Part shown: positions 34,327 to 43,531 of the stretch, in pieces | Layout of the letters: the number at the start of each line of letters is the position of its first letter | Position numbering within the stretch: position 1 is the stretch's first letter | DNA from: a virus | Taxonomy: Duplodnaviria > Caudoviricetes | IMG/VR virus record: IMGVR_UViG_3300028588_000383 | Span: 1 to 52,409 of that record | Reading direction: 5' to 3' (one strand) | DNA: 52,409 nt | Made by a program: the position numbers and the translations under genes | The notes under the pieces: generated by a model | Seen by the model: only the letters and a program-made list of their open reading frames with translations | What the model was told of the DNA's origin: nothing | The model's database searches: none

Positions 34327-36938
34327 GCTGCCTCCTGCTCTGGCTGCGCCGCGTCGACCACTTCGAAGTCGAACAGCGTTGGCATGCTGACCTCGCGCTC
34401 CATCGCGCGGCAGTAGTGCACCTGGTCGGCGAAGTACGCGGGGTTCAACTCCGACCCGGCGCCGCGGCGGCCCAACTTCATGGCGCGCACCGGTACCGTG
34501 CCCAGGCCGCAGAACGGGTCGTAGACGACTTCGCCCGGGTTGCTGTAGCGGTTGATCAGGCGGTCCACGATGTCGATCTGGAACGGGCATACGTGCTTCT
34601 CGACCGCCCGGGCCGACTGATCGCCGTTCAGGGTGCGCATGCGCACGATGTCGTGCCAGACCATTGGATCGGCGCTGCCTGGCGCCAGGCTCAGGTAGTC
34701 GGCCGGCAGCGCCTTGTTGGACAGCATCTGCTCGCCGACCGCGACATGCAGCTCGTAGTTGTAGACGTTGGCCAAGCTCATGTCGGTGAACATCTTGGCC
34801 AGCTTGGCCGGGCCGTAGGCGGCGATCTCCTCCGCGCCCAGCATCCGGTCGCCGCTCGATCGCCAGAAGGCGTGCGCATCAACCTGCCAGCGCGCCACGC
34901 TGTACCCGGTACCGGGCAACGGCGCGAGGCGGCGGTCGAAGTCCACCGGCTCTCCGTCGTCGTTCTGGCACAGCGGCTTCGCCTTCGTCACCGGGACGTC
35001 GGCGTAGCCGCGGCTGCGGTCGGTCTGCGGCTTGTGGAACAGCAGGATGTATTCCGGGCTGCCGACGCCCATCTTCGTGCCGTCCTTGCACACCTCGGAA
35101 TAGCCCAGGCGGTAGGTCTGGTTGTTCTCGCGCACCACGTCGGTGACAACCGTGATCATGCCCAGGTAGTCGAAGCCGTGCTTCATGCCATGGAACAGCG
35201 CCTCGGCGTGGAACGGGCTGACCGTCGGGATGCCGGCGCCGGTCACGTTGCCGAAGTTGATCCGGTCCTTCACGTGGCAGGCGTAGATGCGACCAGGCTG
35301 CAGGATCCGGTACAGCTGCGGCGTCAGGAAATCCATCTGCGCCCAGAAGTGGGCGTTGTCCTGGGTGTGGCCGAAATCGTTGTAGCTCGGCGTGTACTCG
35401 TAGTGGTTCGCGAATGGCACGCTGGTGACGATCAGGCCGACCGAGTTCTCCGGACGCTCGAGCGCCTCCAGCACGCAGTCGTTGTTGGCGACGGTGAAGC
35501 GCTCGCCGGCGACGACATGCCGCTCGACGCCGATCGTGCGCGCCAGGCTGTCCTGCATCGACAGCTGGTCCAGGCCGTAGGTGCGGATGATCTCACCCAT
35601 CGTTTCCTGCATCTCGTCGTGCCGGCGCCACTTCTCCTGCAGCTCGGCCAGCACCGCGCGCTCGACCTCGGTGTGGATGATGTCGAGCCGGACCGGGCGC
35701 GACTGCTGGAAGCGCTGGATACGGTGGATTGCCTGGATGAAGTCGTTGAACTTGAATCCAATGCCGGCGAAGATCGCACGGTGGCAGTGCACCTGGAAGT
35801 TGCAGCCCGAGCCGGCGATGATGGGCTTGGTTGACAGGATGGGGAACTTGCCGTCGCTGAAGTCGGCGATGCGCTGCTCGCGCTCTTCCAGATCCTGCGT
35901 GCCCCACACGCTCATGGCATTCGGCAGCGCCGCCTGGATGGCGTGGCGCTCATCCTCCAGGTCGTGCCAGATCACGAAGTGGTCAGCCGGATCCGCCCCG
36001 ACGATCTCAGCGACCTTGGCCACCCGCGCGCCCAGGCTCTGCCGCTTCTCGCCGGCGGCAGCCGACAGGCCCATGGCCGGGTTTGGGATCAGCATGCCCT
36101 GGCCGTTCTTCTCGGCGCCGGCCGCCTCGTAATCGCTCGGCACCTCGTGGTAGCGCACCTCGAGCGGCGGGAGGTCGTAACCCTCATCCGAATGACCCAG
36201 GTCGCTTGGCCGGCGGATGAAGCACGCCCAGCTCGCCACCCACAGCCAGAATTCGGTTTCCTTGTGCGGGTAGAGGGTCAGGTTGCCCGCCTTCTCGCTG
36301 TCGCGCTGGAAGAAGCGGGTCAGCGCCTGGCCGGTGTCCATCACGCCCAGGAAGCCGGCGTAGTGGATCAGCTCCTTGAAGCGATTCGGGCTCGGCGTCG
36401 CCGTGAACACGAACTTGAACTCGACCTGGTCGAACAGCGGCAGGAACTCCTGATAGGTCTTGCTGCCGTAGCTGCGCAGGATGCTCGCTTCGTCCAGCGA
36501 CGCGGCGCCGAAGCGGCGGACGTCGATCTTCCCGTCGCGCACGCTCTCGTAGTTCGTCATGTACAGCGTGTCCGGGCCTTCGATCTCGGCATCCGTGCGG
36601 ATGAATCGCAGGTCGACGGCGTGCTCGCCGGTGAAGCGCTTCGCCACCTCGCGGGTGAACTCCTGGCGCACACCCAGCGGAAGCACGATCAGGCGCAGGC
36701 ACGGCCGGTGGATGCCGATCTGGCGCATCACCTCGAGGTTTGTGCTGGTCTTGTGCAGGCCAAACGACGCGAACACAGCGCGCTGGCCGCCCTGCAGCGC
36801 CCATCGGACGATGTCGCGGGTGTGCGGCTTGAGGTTCGGATTGATCTTCTCGAGCGGGACGTCGAAGCCTTGGCGCGGTGCCAGCTTGATTTTGGCGCGG
36901 AGAAAATCGTTGTAATCGCTTAAAATATTGGCAGACAT
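34323..36938 (-). CDS. SNF2-like helicase fused to N4/N6 DNA methyltransferase
   Basis: GLHKT, LDEAS, TATPSPN, QAIHRIQRFQQ helicase motifs; TSVPF, KHVCPFQ, DPFCGLGT, GSEL methylase motifs. Confidence 0.88.
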   Translation of the reverse strand: MSANILSDYNDFLRAKIKLAPRQGFDVPLEKINPNLKPHTRDIVRWALQGGQRAVFASFGLHKTSTNLEVMRQIGIHRPCLRLIVLPLGVRQEFTREVAKRFTGEHAVDLRFIRTDAEIEGPDTLYMTNYESVRDGKIDVRRFGAASLDEASILRSYGSKTYQEFLPLFDQVEFKFVFTATPSPNRFKELIHYAGFLGVMDTGQALTRFFQRDSEKAGNLTLYPHKETEFWLWVASWACFIRRPSDLGHSDEGYDLPPLEVRYHEVPSDYEAAGAEKNGQGMLIPNPAMGLSAAAGEKRQSLGARVAKVAEIVGADPADHFVIWHDLEDERHAIQAALPNAMSVWGTQDLEEREQRIADFSDGKFPILSTKPIIAGSGCNFQVHCHRAIFAGIGFKFNDFIQAIHRIQRFQQSRPVRLDIIHTEVERAVLAELQEKWRRHDEMQETMGEIIRTYGLDQLSMQDSLARTIGVERHVVAGERFTVANNDCVLEALERPENSVGLIVTSVPFANHYEYTPSYNDFGHTQDNAHFWAQMDFLTPQLYRILQPGRIYACHVKDRINFGNVTGAGIPTVSPFHAEALFHGMKHGFDYLGMITVVTDVVRENNQTYRLGYSEVCKDGTKMGVGSPEYILLFHKPQTDRSRGYADVPVTKAKPLCQNDDGEPVDFDRRLAPLPGTGYSVARWQVDAHAFWRSSGDRMLGAEEIAAYGPAKLAKMFTDMSLANVYNYELHVAVGEQMLSNKALPADYLSLAPGSADPMVWHDIVRMRTLNGDQSARAVEKHVCPFQIDIVDRLINRYSNPGEVVYDPFCGLGTVPVRAMKLGRRGAGSELNPAYFADQVHYCRAMEREVSMPTLFDFEVVDAAQPEQEAA

Positions 36939-36940
36939 AT

Positions 36941-37483
36941 TTACTCCACAGTGATTTGTTCAGAGGCCGCGCCGGGTGCAACCGTCGCGGTCTCGCTATT
37001 TCTGATCAGGGTCAGGCACTCGGCCAGCAGCTCGCGCTCTGTCCCGTAGATCGCCTGGAAGGTCGCCTTGCGGCCGTGCACGCTGATGCGCCCGCGCAGG
37101 TCCGTGTCGTCCTGCTGGTGGTGTGGGCCGCACAGGGGTAGCACGAGGAGGTGCGCGCCTGGCTTCGTCCTGCCGTCGATGTGATGGATGCTCACGATCG
37201 CGTTGTGCCAGCCATCCTTGCGGCACGCAATACAACCCAGGGCGGCAATGCGGGTCATGAACTGCGCTTCGGCGGTGGTAGGCGGGCGTCCCTTCATGCC
37301 CCGCGACTTCATCAGCTTCGGCGGCTTCGATTCCCGCTTGCGCGGGAATGTGGCCTTGGCCTGCACCGCGGCGACACGCAGCAGGCCTGCGCCGGCGGCT
37401 GGCGTCTTGAAGCCGGTACCGCGCGCCATCGGCGACTTGCGAGCAAGCGGCTTGCCCTGCTTGAAGGGTGAGCGGCGCATCAT
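36941..37483 (-). CDS. Ref-family recombination enhancement nuclease
   Basis: Basic N-terminus, LGCIACR, IHHI.GR, LPLC..HH, YGTE.ELL. Confidence 0.85.
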   Translation of the reverse strand: MMRRSPFKQGKPLARKSPMARGTGFKTPAAGAGLLRVAAVQAKATFPRKRESKPPKLMKSRGMKGRPPTTAEAQFMTRIAALGCIACRKDGWHNAIVSIHHIDGRTKPGAHLLVLPLCGPHHQQDDTDLRGRISVHGRKATFQAIYGTERELLAECLTLIRNSETATVAPGAASEQITVE

Positions 37484-37518
37484 GCTACGATCCTCGTCTC
37501 GACACCGAAGGAGCAACT

Positions 37519-37764
37519 ATGAACACGGAACCGCCGCAGGAATACGGCAACTACCTCATCGTGGCCGGCGCCCTTCCCGCGCCCGAAAACCGCTATTTCA
37601 GCGTGTTTTCGATTCATCGACGTACCGACCCCGGCGTAATCGGCGAGTCGGAACTCGTCCATCGCGAGAGCATCAAGGACGGGTTTGTTTGCGAGACGGC
37701 GGACGAAGCAAAACGAGATGCCTCTGTTCGTGCGCACGAATGGATTGACTCGCATCTTGAATAA
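37519..37764 (+). CDS. small hypothetical moron
   Basis: AAGGAG RBS, ATG at 37519, antisense to its flanks. Confidence 0.6.
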   Translation: MNTEPPQEYGNYLIVAGALPAPENRYFSVFSIHRRTDPGVIGESELVHRESIKDGFVCETADEAKRDASVRAHEWIDSHLE

Positions 37765-37778
37765 GATCGCACCCATCG

Positions 37779-38192
37779 TCAGGCCTTCGTATGAAATGAC
37801 GCGCCGGTGCGCACCGACCACTCCGGGATGTCCTGGCGAGTGCCGCGCGGGTTCGGGATGTACTTCTTGCTCAGGCCCGGGCTGGCGAACACGTTCGACG
37901 TGCGCGCCGCAGCGATCTGGCCGACCGGCTGCACAGGCTCGATGCCGGCCAGCGCGTCGAAGTGGGCGCGAGCATGAGAGCTGATGTCGATCTTGTCGCC
38001 ACGCACGACCAGCCATCCGTAGCTCAGAACGTGCTGAAGCGCCTCTTCGTCTGGTAGGTTCTTCCCGCCGAACTGCACGACAGCGAACAGCTGGCGCGCC
38101 AGCTTCGGGCCGTTCTTGTACAGGTATTCGCCGGCGGCGTACGCCGGGCTGTTGTGCTGTGCCAGGCGCGGCTGGCTAATTTGCTTGGCCAT
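37779..38192 (-). CDS. hypothetical protein
   Basis: GGAGG RBS, start MAKQIS at 38192. Confidence 0.6.
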   Translation of the reverse strand: MAKQISQPRLAQHNSPAYAAGEYLYKNGPKLARQLFAVVQFGGKNLPDEEALQHVLSYGWLVVRGDKIDISSHARAHFDALAGIEPVQPVGQIAAARTSNVFASPGLSKKYIPNPRGTRQDIPEWSVRTGASFHTKA

Positions 38193-38311
38193 GGTCGGCC
38201 CTCCGAATAGTGAATTTTGCGAAAGCGCAGTCGGTTGCGTGGGCAGGACCCTCGCGCCCGCCGCAGCCAACGCACGATGGCGCACGTGCATACAGCAAGA
38301 ATGTTGCTGGA

Positions 38312-38340
38312 TTGACATCTTTAGCATGCTTGAGTAAAGT
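38312..38340 (+). promoter_or_regulatory. sigma70 promoter
   Basis: TTGACA-17-TAAAGT upstream of ORF 38368-38544. Confidence 0.65.
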
Positions 38341-38367
38341 CCACTCATTACCTTTTATGGAGCAGCT

Positions 38368-38544
38368 ATGAGCACAAACACCGTTGACCTGAATGGCCGG
38401 ATTTTTCAATTCGAGACCGCCGTGCGTGCCGATGAAGCACGGCAGTGGATCGCTCAAAACCTTGGAGACACATCGCGATTTCTTGACGTATTCGGCGACG
38501 CTGACCGCGTGACTTCCTCGCACCTCGGGGGCACGGCGAGCTAA
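38368..38544 (+). CDS. 58-aa hypothetical moron (MSTNTVDLNGRIFQFET..)
   Basis: Translated by hand; GGAG RBS and own promoter; below the ORF-track length cut-off. Confidence 0.5.
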   Translation: MSTNTVDLNGRIFQFETAVRADEARQWIAQNLGDTSRFLDVFGDADRVTSSHLGGTAS

Positions 38545-38558
38545 GGCTGAAGATCTGA

Positions 38559-40715
38559 TCACGCTGCCACCCCGACAATCTCGCGCTCGTGGGCGAAGTT
38601 CGCGCGGATCAGCGCCTCCGACAGCGGCGGGCAAACGCTATTGCCGCACATGCGCACCTGGGCCGATTTCGTCAGCGGGATGCGCGGGAGCGACAGCGGG
38701 TCGCCGTCGACCTGCTCGCCGCCCACGAACAGCAGTTCCGGGTCCGGGATCTCGTCGATGACGTAGCCGGCCGGGAATCCTTGCGCGCGGTACAGTTCGT
38801 GCGGCGCCAGCATGCGCAAGCCGATGTCGACAATTTCGTAGTCTTGGCCGTGGATCGTGACCAGGCCGAAGCGGTCGCGGCTGGTGACCGTCGCCAGCGG
38901 CGAGTCGGGCGCCTGGTCCTGATCGGTCCCGTAATAGGCCAGCAGGAATGCGCGTACCTCCGCGTGATGCTGGCCGCCGGCGCTGATCGTGTGCAGTGGC
39001 TCGTCGGCGCCCGCCGCCGTGCTGGTGCCGCGCAGCTTGACCAGGCTGCTTGCGACCAGAGCGGACTTGCCTCCGCCGCCGGCAGTAACCGTGCCGAGCG
39101 GCGCGCCGGCGGCGTGGCCAATGCTCTTGCCCATGTCGCGCTGGATGTGCGCGGTGACGATGCCCAGGGCGTGCGGCGCGCCGGCCGGGTTCTCCTTCGG
39201 GCCCGCGGTGATGGTCGGTACCGGCTCGGCCAGGTCACTGCCGGTCGAGCCAGTGCGGAACTTGGTCAAGTGCGCAGTCACAAGGCTGTGATGGTCCGTG
39301 CTGGTGACGGTGCCGATCGGCTGCTCAAGCTCCGATCCGACGACGCCGGTGTAGTGCTTGGCCAGGAATGCAGTCGCAATCGCGGTGTCGCCCTTGGCGG
39401 TGATCGTCGCAGTCGGCTCGTCGGCGCCGCGCGGGCGGCTGTCGCCGGCACGCCCGCCCACGCCGACCAGCGCTGCCGACACCAGGCCGAAGTGGCCGCC
39501 CTTGACCTGGGCGCAGACCGTACGCAGCGGCGCGTCGGCCGGCATCACGTGCTGGTTACTGGCGTTGGCGTGCTCGTTCAGGAAGGCGGTGACGAGCGCC
39601 TGGTTGCCGGCCGAGGTTACGGTCGGCACCGGACTGTCGACATCGGCGCCAGGGTGGCCGGTAGTGTTGGTCATGACAAACGGACGCAGGGTTGCACTGG
39701 CCAGCGCCTTCTCGCCTCGCTGCGCGCCAGTGATCGTGCGGAACGGCTCGTGCACGGATTCGCTGCGATCGCTGCCCTGGTGCGTTACTGGGACGATGCT
39801 CGGCACAACCACGGCACGGTGGTTCTCGGTGGTGAGCGTGCCGAACGGCTGACGCGCGGTTACCGGCTTGCCGGCGTAGATCGGCCCACCCTGCCCCACG
39901 ATGAACGGATCCGCCGCGTCGACGACGTAGCGCATGATGCCCTTGGCGATGCGGCGCAACGTGGCCTCGGCCAGCGGGCGCTTGCGGGTGAAGATGCTCG
40001 GGCACTCCAGCGACCAGTCGATGCACTCTGCCGCGGTGCGGTACGGCGCGAGCTTGCCGGCGCGGACGCCCGGGGAGTCCGGCGCGCCGTTGGTCGGCGC
40101 CGGCCATTGGATCGGCAGCCCGTCGCGGCGCGCCACCAGGAAGAATCGTTTCCGGATCGTTGGGGTGTCGTAGTCGCTTGCGCGCAGCTCGCGGTGGTCG
40201 ACCTTGTAGCCCTGGGCCTCCAGCTGGCGTACGAACGACTCGAACGTCTTGCCGCGCTTGGCCGGGTCTGGCTTCCAGTGACCGTGGTCGTCCTGGATCA
40301 GCGGGCCCCACGTTTTGAACTCTTCAACGTTTTCGAGCATGATCACGCGCGGCCGGCACTTGGCGGCCCAGCGCAGCGTCACCCAAGCCAGGCCGCGAAT
40401 CTTCTTCTCGACAGGCTTGCCGCCCTTGGCCTTGCTGAAGTGTTTGCAGTCCGGGCTGAGCCAGACCAAGGCCACGGGCTGGTTGCCGGTCACCTCGATC
40501 GGGTCGATATCCCACACGCTCTCGCACAGGTGCTTCGTGTGCGGGTGGTTGATGGCGTGCATGGCCAGCGCCTCGGGATCGTGATTGATCGCGATGTCGA
40601 CCGGGCGTCCGAATGCTGCCTCCAGGCCGGTGCTGGTCCCGCCGCCCCCGGCGAAGTTGTCGATGATGAGTTCGTGGCCCAGGTCGAGCTGGAGGCTGAT
40701 GAGATCGCGCTTCAT
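38559..40715 (-). CDS. C5-cytosine DNA methyltransferase with repeat-expanded variable region
   Basis: FAGGGG, SPDC, ENV, R.R motifs and GNSV; many EPxxT(I/V)T repeats. Confidence 0.92.
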   Translation of the reverse strand: MKRDLISLQLDLGHELIIDNFAGGGGTSTGLEAAFGRPVDIAINHDPEALAMHAINHPHTKHLCESVWDIDPIEVTGNQPVALVWLSPDCKHFSKAKGGKPVEKKIRGLAWVTLRWAAKCRPRVIMLENVEEFKTWGPLIQDDHGHWKPDPAKRGKTFESFVRQLEAQGYKVDHRELRASDYDTPTIRKRFFLVARRDGLPIQWPAPTNGAPDSPGVRAGKLAPYRTAAECIDWSLECPSIFTRKRPLAEATLRRIAKGIMRYVVDAADPFIVGQGGPIYAGKPVTARQPFGTLTTENHRAVVVPSIVPVTHQGSDRSESVHEPFRTITGAQRGEKALASATLRPFVMTNTTGHPGADVDSPVPTVTSAGNQALVTAFLNEHANASNQHVMPADAPLRTVCAQVKGGHFGLVSAALVGVGGRAGDSRPRGADEPTATITAKGDTAIATAFLAKHYTGVVGSELEQPIGTVTSTDHHSLVTAHLTKFRTGSTGSDLAEPVPTITAGPKENPAGAPHALGIVTAHIQRDMGKSIGHAAGAPLGTVTAGGGGKSALVASSLVKLRGTSTAAGADEPLHTISAGGQHHAEVRAFLLAYYGTDQDQAPDSPLATVTSRDRFGLVTIHGQDYEIVDIGLRMLAPHELYRAQGFPAGYVIDEIPDPELLFVGGEQVDGDPLSLPRIPLTKSAQVRMCGNSVCPPLSEALIRANFAHEREIVGVAA

Positions 40716-41158
40716 GGGCGCACCTCCGCGCGCGCACCGAACAGGGCCGCGACCAGTGGATCTCGCGCCGGCGGCGCCGTATGCAGGCGAACCGAGAAAT
40801 GCTCGTCGTCCTGCATCACGTGGATATGGCGGTCAGCGCCGATCGATGCGCTGCCGCGCGCGCGGCGCGGTATGCCAACAGGGCGCGACACCGGCGCCGC
40901 GGCGAGCTGCGCCAGATAGGACTGCATCTGCTCCGGCGTCATGGCCAGGAAGTAGACCGGTCCACCCTCGGCGCGCACGATCGAAACGCGTGCTCCCAGG
41001 TCGGCGATGTACTTGCGCACACCCGATGGCCCCATCTGCAGCAGGTTGCCAATCTCGGCGCGCGTCATCGAATTGACAGCGAGAGCCGCGACCAGGCGGC
41101 GGATGTTGGCGATGCGAGCCGCGGTCTGGCCGGGCAAGACGTAGCTGGCGCGGGTCAT
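40712..41158 (-). CDS. winged-HTH-like hypothetical protein
   Basis: MTRAEIGNLLQMGPSGVRKYIADL HTH; RDPLVAALFG C-terminal motif. Confidence 0.65.
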   Translation of the reverse strand: MTRASYVLPGQTAARIANIRRLVAALAVNSMTRAEIGNLLQMGPSGVRKYIADLGARVSIVRAEGGPVYFLAMTPEQMQSYLAQLAAAPVSRPVGIPRRARGSASIGADRHIHVMQDDEHFSVRLHTAPPARDPLVAALFGARAEVRP

Positions 41159-41871
41159 GCTGGCACCTCTTCGGCGACCGGCTGTGCAGCGGTCTTCGTC
41201 ATGGATGCAAGATCGTCTTCGACCGGCAGTGCAGCGACCCAAGCTGGGGCCGCCGGCAGACGGGTGTCATCGCGCATGCCCATCAACACGCCGACGAAGT
41301 CGGGTACGCAATGAAGTCGGAAGACTGCCGGGGAATTTGCGTCATCTTTCTTGGTAAAGAACGTCATCCCGACGGCGCCGTGCGATCGCTTCTGCAGTGC
41401 ACGCCCTGCCGCGTCCGCTGCCTTTTGAGCCAGAGCCATGACCGGGGCGCCGAACGTCCCAGGCAGGCCTGGCTGCAGGCTCTCCAGCTTCGGGATCACG
41501 CGCTCGTATCGCGGGTAATTCGCCTCGATTTCTGGATCGCCTGGTTGGATGTAGACCTCTGCATATCCGTGCTCGACGACTGCGAGCCGATCTCCGATCA
41601 TCACGACGCACCGGTCGTTCGCCAGACCGCTGGCGCAGGCCTGCTGCATGCGGCCGTCGAAGCGCAGGATCACCTCGTGCTCACATACCGCGTCGGGATC
41701 GTAGATGGCGCCGAGCGCATGGCCATTCGTTGCGCAGATCACTGCGCCGCCATCCTTATGCGGGCGAACGTTGATCGCGTTCAGGTAATAGCGAATGTCT
41801 GCCTTCGCGATGAAGGGAGCAACGATCGGCAGCAGCTTCGCCGTGAGGCTCAGTTTGGCGTGCTTGGTCAT
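41155..41871 (-). CDS. DNA polymerase III beta-clamp-like protein
   Basis: DIRYYLNAI, ATNGHAL, YPRYERVIP motifs of DnaN middle domain; shorter than DnaN. Confidence 0.75.
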   Translation of the reverse strand: MTKHAKLSLTAKLLPIVAPFIAKADIRYYLNAINVRPHKDGGAVICATNGHALGAIYDPDAVCEHEVILRFDGRMQQACASGLANDRCVVMIGDRLAVVEHGYAEVYIQPGDPEIEANYPRYERVIPKLESLQPGLPGTFGAPVMALAQKAADAAGRALQKRSHGAVGMTFFTKKDDANSPAVFRLHCVPDFVGVLMGMRDDTRLPAAPAWVAALPVEDDLASMTKTAAQPVAEEVPA

Positions 41872-42131
41872 GCTTCACCGCCGATCACGGCGCGCGCCGC
41901 TGCATTCAGGTCGTCATCCGTCAGGACGTGGCGGCGGATCTCAGCGACGTAGACCGCATCGCCGGCGCGCATCGCGAAGCCGATCTGCACGTTCTGGCGG
42001 ACCAGGTCGGCGACCGACTTTGCCTCGTATTCCGGGTGACCGGTGAACCAGTATTGTGCTGGTGCGCCAGCGGCCGGCGAAGACCGATCTTCACCAGCGT
42101 GCACCGCCGGTGGATTTGATTGTGCTAACAT
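41868..42131 (-). CDS. hypothetical protein
   Basis: GAGG RBS; ATGA overlap with the clamp-like gene. Confidence 0.55.
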   Translation of the reverse strand: MLAQSNPPAVHAGEDRSSPAAGAPAQYWFTGHPEYEAKSVADLVRQNVQIGFAMRAGDAVYVAEIRRHVLTDDDLNAAARAVIGGEA

Positions 42132-42368
42132 TTGGTTTCCTCTCAAGGGAGTTGCGTTACGGGACCCGGCGGCAACCGGGTCTTTTCACATCTGCTGCTC
42201 TGCGAGCATCTGCTCGTATTTCTCGCGGCTCATCACGTGGCCCGGCTCAACTTCCTCCGGCTGCGCTGCCTCGTTTTCCTGCTGTTGATCCATCTACTTT
42301 CCTTCTGTGATCCGGCTCAGGCCTGCGGCCCGGCGCCGGGGTATCGTGGTATTGCTGGGGAGCTGCGC

Positions 42369-42569
42369 CTACTTCGCCAACTCGCGGATTTCCTTCACCG
42401 ACACACCCAGGTGCTCGTGAATGCTCAGGATCGTCGGCGCGCCGATCCGCGCCCCCTTGCGCAACTTGCTGATCGTGCTCGGCGTCGTCGCCAGCTCGCG
42501 CGCCAGCGCCGCGTCGTTCTTGATGTTGAAGCGCTCGCGCAGCGTGTCGAGCAAGATCGCAGTGGTCAT
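42369..42569 (-). CDS. small XRE-type HTH protein
   Basis: NDAALARELATTPSTISKLRKG HTH. Confidence 0.75.
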   Translation of the reverse strand: MTTAILLDTLRERFNIKNDAALARELATTPSTISKLRKGARIGAPTILSIHEHLGVSVKEIRELAK

Positions 42570-42625
42570 CGGGTCAGGTCCTTCGTGTGAATTGGTGACG
42601 GCATCCCCTGCCGCCTGGGTGCTGC

Positions 42626-42823
42626 TTACGTCGACTGTTGTCGGAAGCCCTTCTCGAGCTTCTCGACCGCTTCTGCCAGTTCGTTCCCGTCCTGGCGGTG
42701 GCGAGATTGCGCGCGCTCCCGGTCGGGCCCGGTGGCGGCGGCCTTCGCGCGCCGGCTCGACGCCCAGTTGCGCGCCTTCGCTACCACCTTGTCCCGCTCT
42801 TTCTGATCTTTCTGCTCATCCAT
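42626..42823 (-). CDS. small hypothetical protein
   Basis: 65-aa charged ORF with purine-rich RBS. Confidence 0.55.
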   Translation of the reverse strand: MDEQKDQKERDKVVAKARNWASSRRAKAAATGPDRERAQSRHRQDGNELAEAVEKLEKGFRQQST

Positions 42824-42874
42824 GCCTTCCCCTCTTGTTATTCGCTTTTCGATGCGCCCAAAACCCGAAATCCT

Positions 42875-43159
42875 TTAAACCCGCATTGGCGGCTTGGGTG
42901 CGCCACCGCGGCCCCGGCGCGCAGTCGACAGCGGCCACACACGCTGTAGGCCCGATTTGGGCATACGCCCCGCTTCAGCTCTGCGGGTACGATGTGCTGG
43001 GTCGAGTTCGCGGATGGATGCCGACAACTGCTGCAGGCTCAAGCCGATCGCGGCGCTCATCGACAGCCCCACCGGCTCGAACACGGACTTCAAGTCCAGG
43101 TAGATGTCTGCCGACAGATAGCCCTTGACGGGGATGGTTTTGGCGTTTGGGTTGCTCAT
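42875..43159 (-). CDS. hypothetical protein at cII position (possible ribbon-helix-helix)
   Basis: AGGAG RBS; alternating IPVKGYL strand followed by helices; first gene after cro. Confidence 0.55.
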   Translation of the reverse strand: MSNPNAKTIPVKGYLSADIYLDLKSVFEPVGLSMSAAIGLSLQQLSASIRELDPAHRTRRAEAGRMPKSGLQRVWPLSTARRGRGGAPKPPMRV

Positions 43160-43226
43160 GGTTTTCTCCTAGTGATGCGGGTTACAGGATTGGGTGAAGC
43201 GCGGCGTATCTCGGTTGCACTTCGAT

Positions 43227-43457
43227 TTACGAGGGCAGTGGCGGAATGTCGGTGGCGCGCCGGCGCAGAGCGTCTGGGCCGCAACGCTCAGCGTGAAGGA
43301 ACTCCAGCCGATCGCCGATCTGCTTCGACGGCCGGGCACCACGGGCGCCTGACAGGTAAGCCGCGCTAGTCGACTGACCGCACGGCACGAGAGCAGCAAG
43401 CTCCTGCTGGGTCAGGCCGGAAGCCAGAAGCTCGGAAGTGATTTTTTGGGTGTCCAT
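43227..43457 (-). CDS. cro: Cro-like HTH repressor
   Basis: GLTQQELAALVPCGQST..YLSG HTH, divergent from cI. Confidence 0.8.
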   Translation of the reverse strand: MDTQKITSELLASGLTQQELAALVPCGQSTSAAYLSGARGARPSKQIGDRLEFLHAERCGPDALRRRATDIPPLPS

Positions 43458-43468
43458 GACTGGACGAT

Positions 43469-43529
43469 ATCACGTTCGTGTTTATGCGGTCAACACCAAC
43501 GTGATTAAATTGTTTATTACAATCGTGAT
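43469..43529. promoter_or_regulatory. three OR-like operators (ATCAC-N4-GTGAT consensus) with divergent promoters
   Basis: ATCACGTTCGTGTT (43469-82), AACACCAACGTGAT (43492-505), ATTACAATCGTGAT (43516-29), spaced 23-24 bp. TACAAT lies 8 nt before the cI ATG. Confidence 0.75.
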
Positions 43530-43531
43530 AT

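Noticed and set aside
38589-40919. 776-aa plus-strand ORF and similar long antisense ORFs (13477-14904, 14973-16187, 21139-22590, 22992-24335, 24991-26313, 34416-35834)
   Set aside because: Shadow frames opposite well-supported genes in high-GC DNA, with no recognisable motifs or RBS.
41155-41871. Host dnaN gene
   Set aside because: Only 238 aa, divergent, and embedded in the phage early operon; called clamp-like only.
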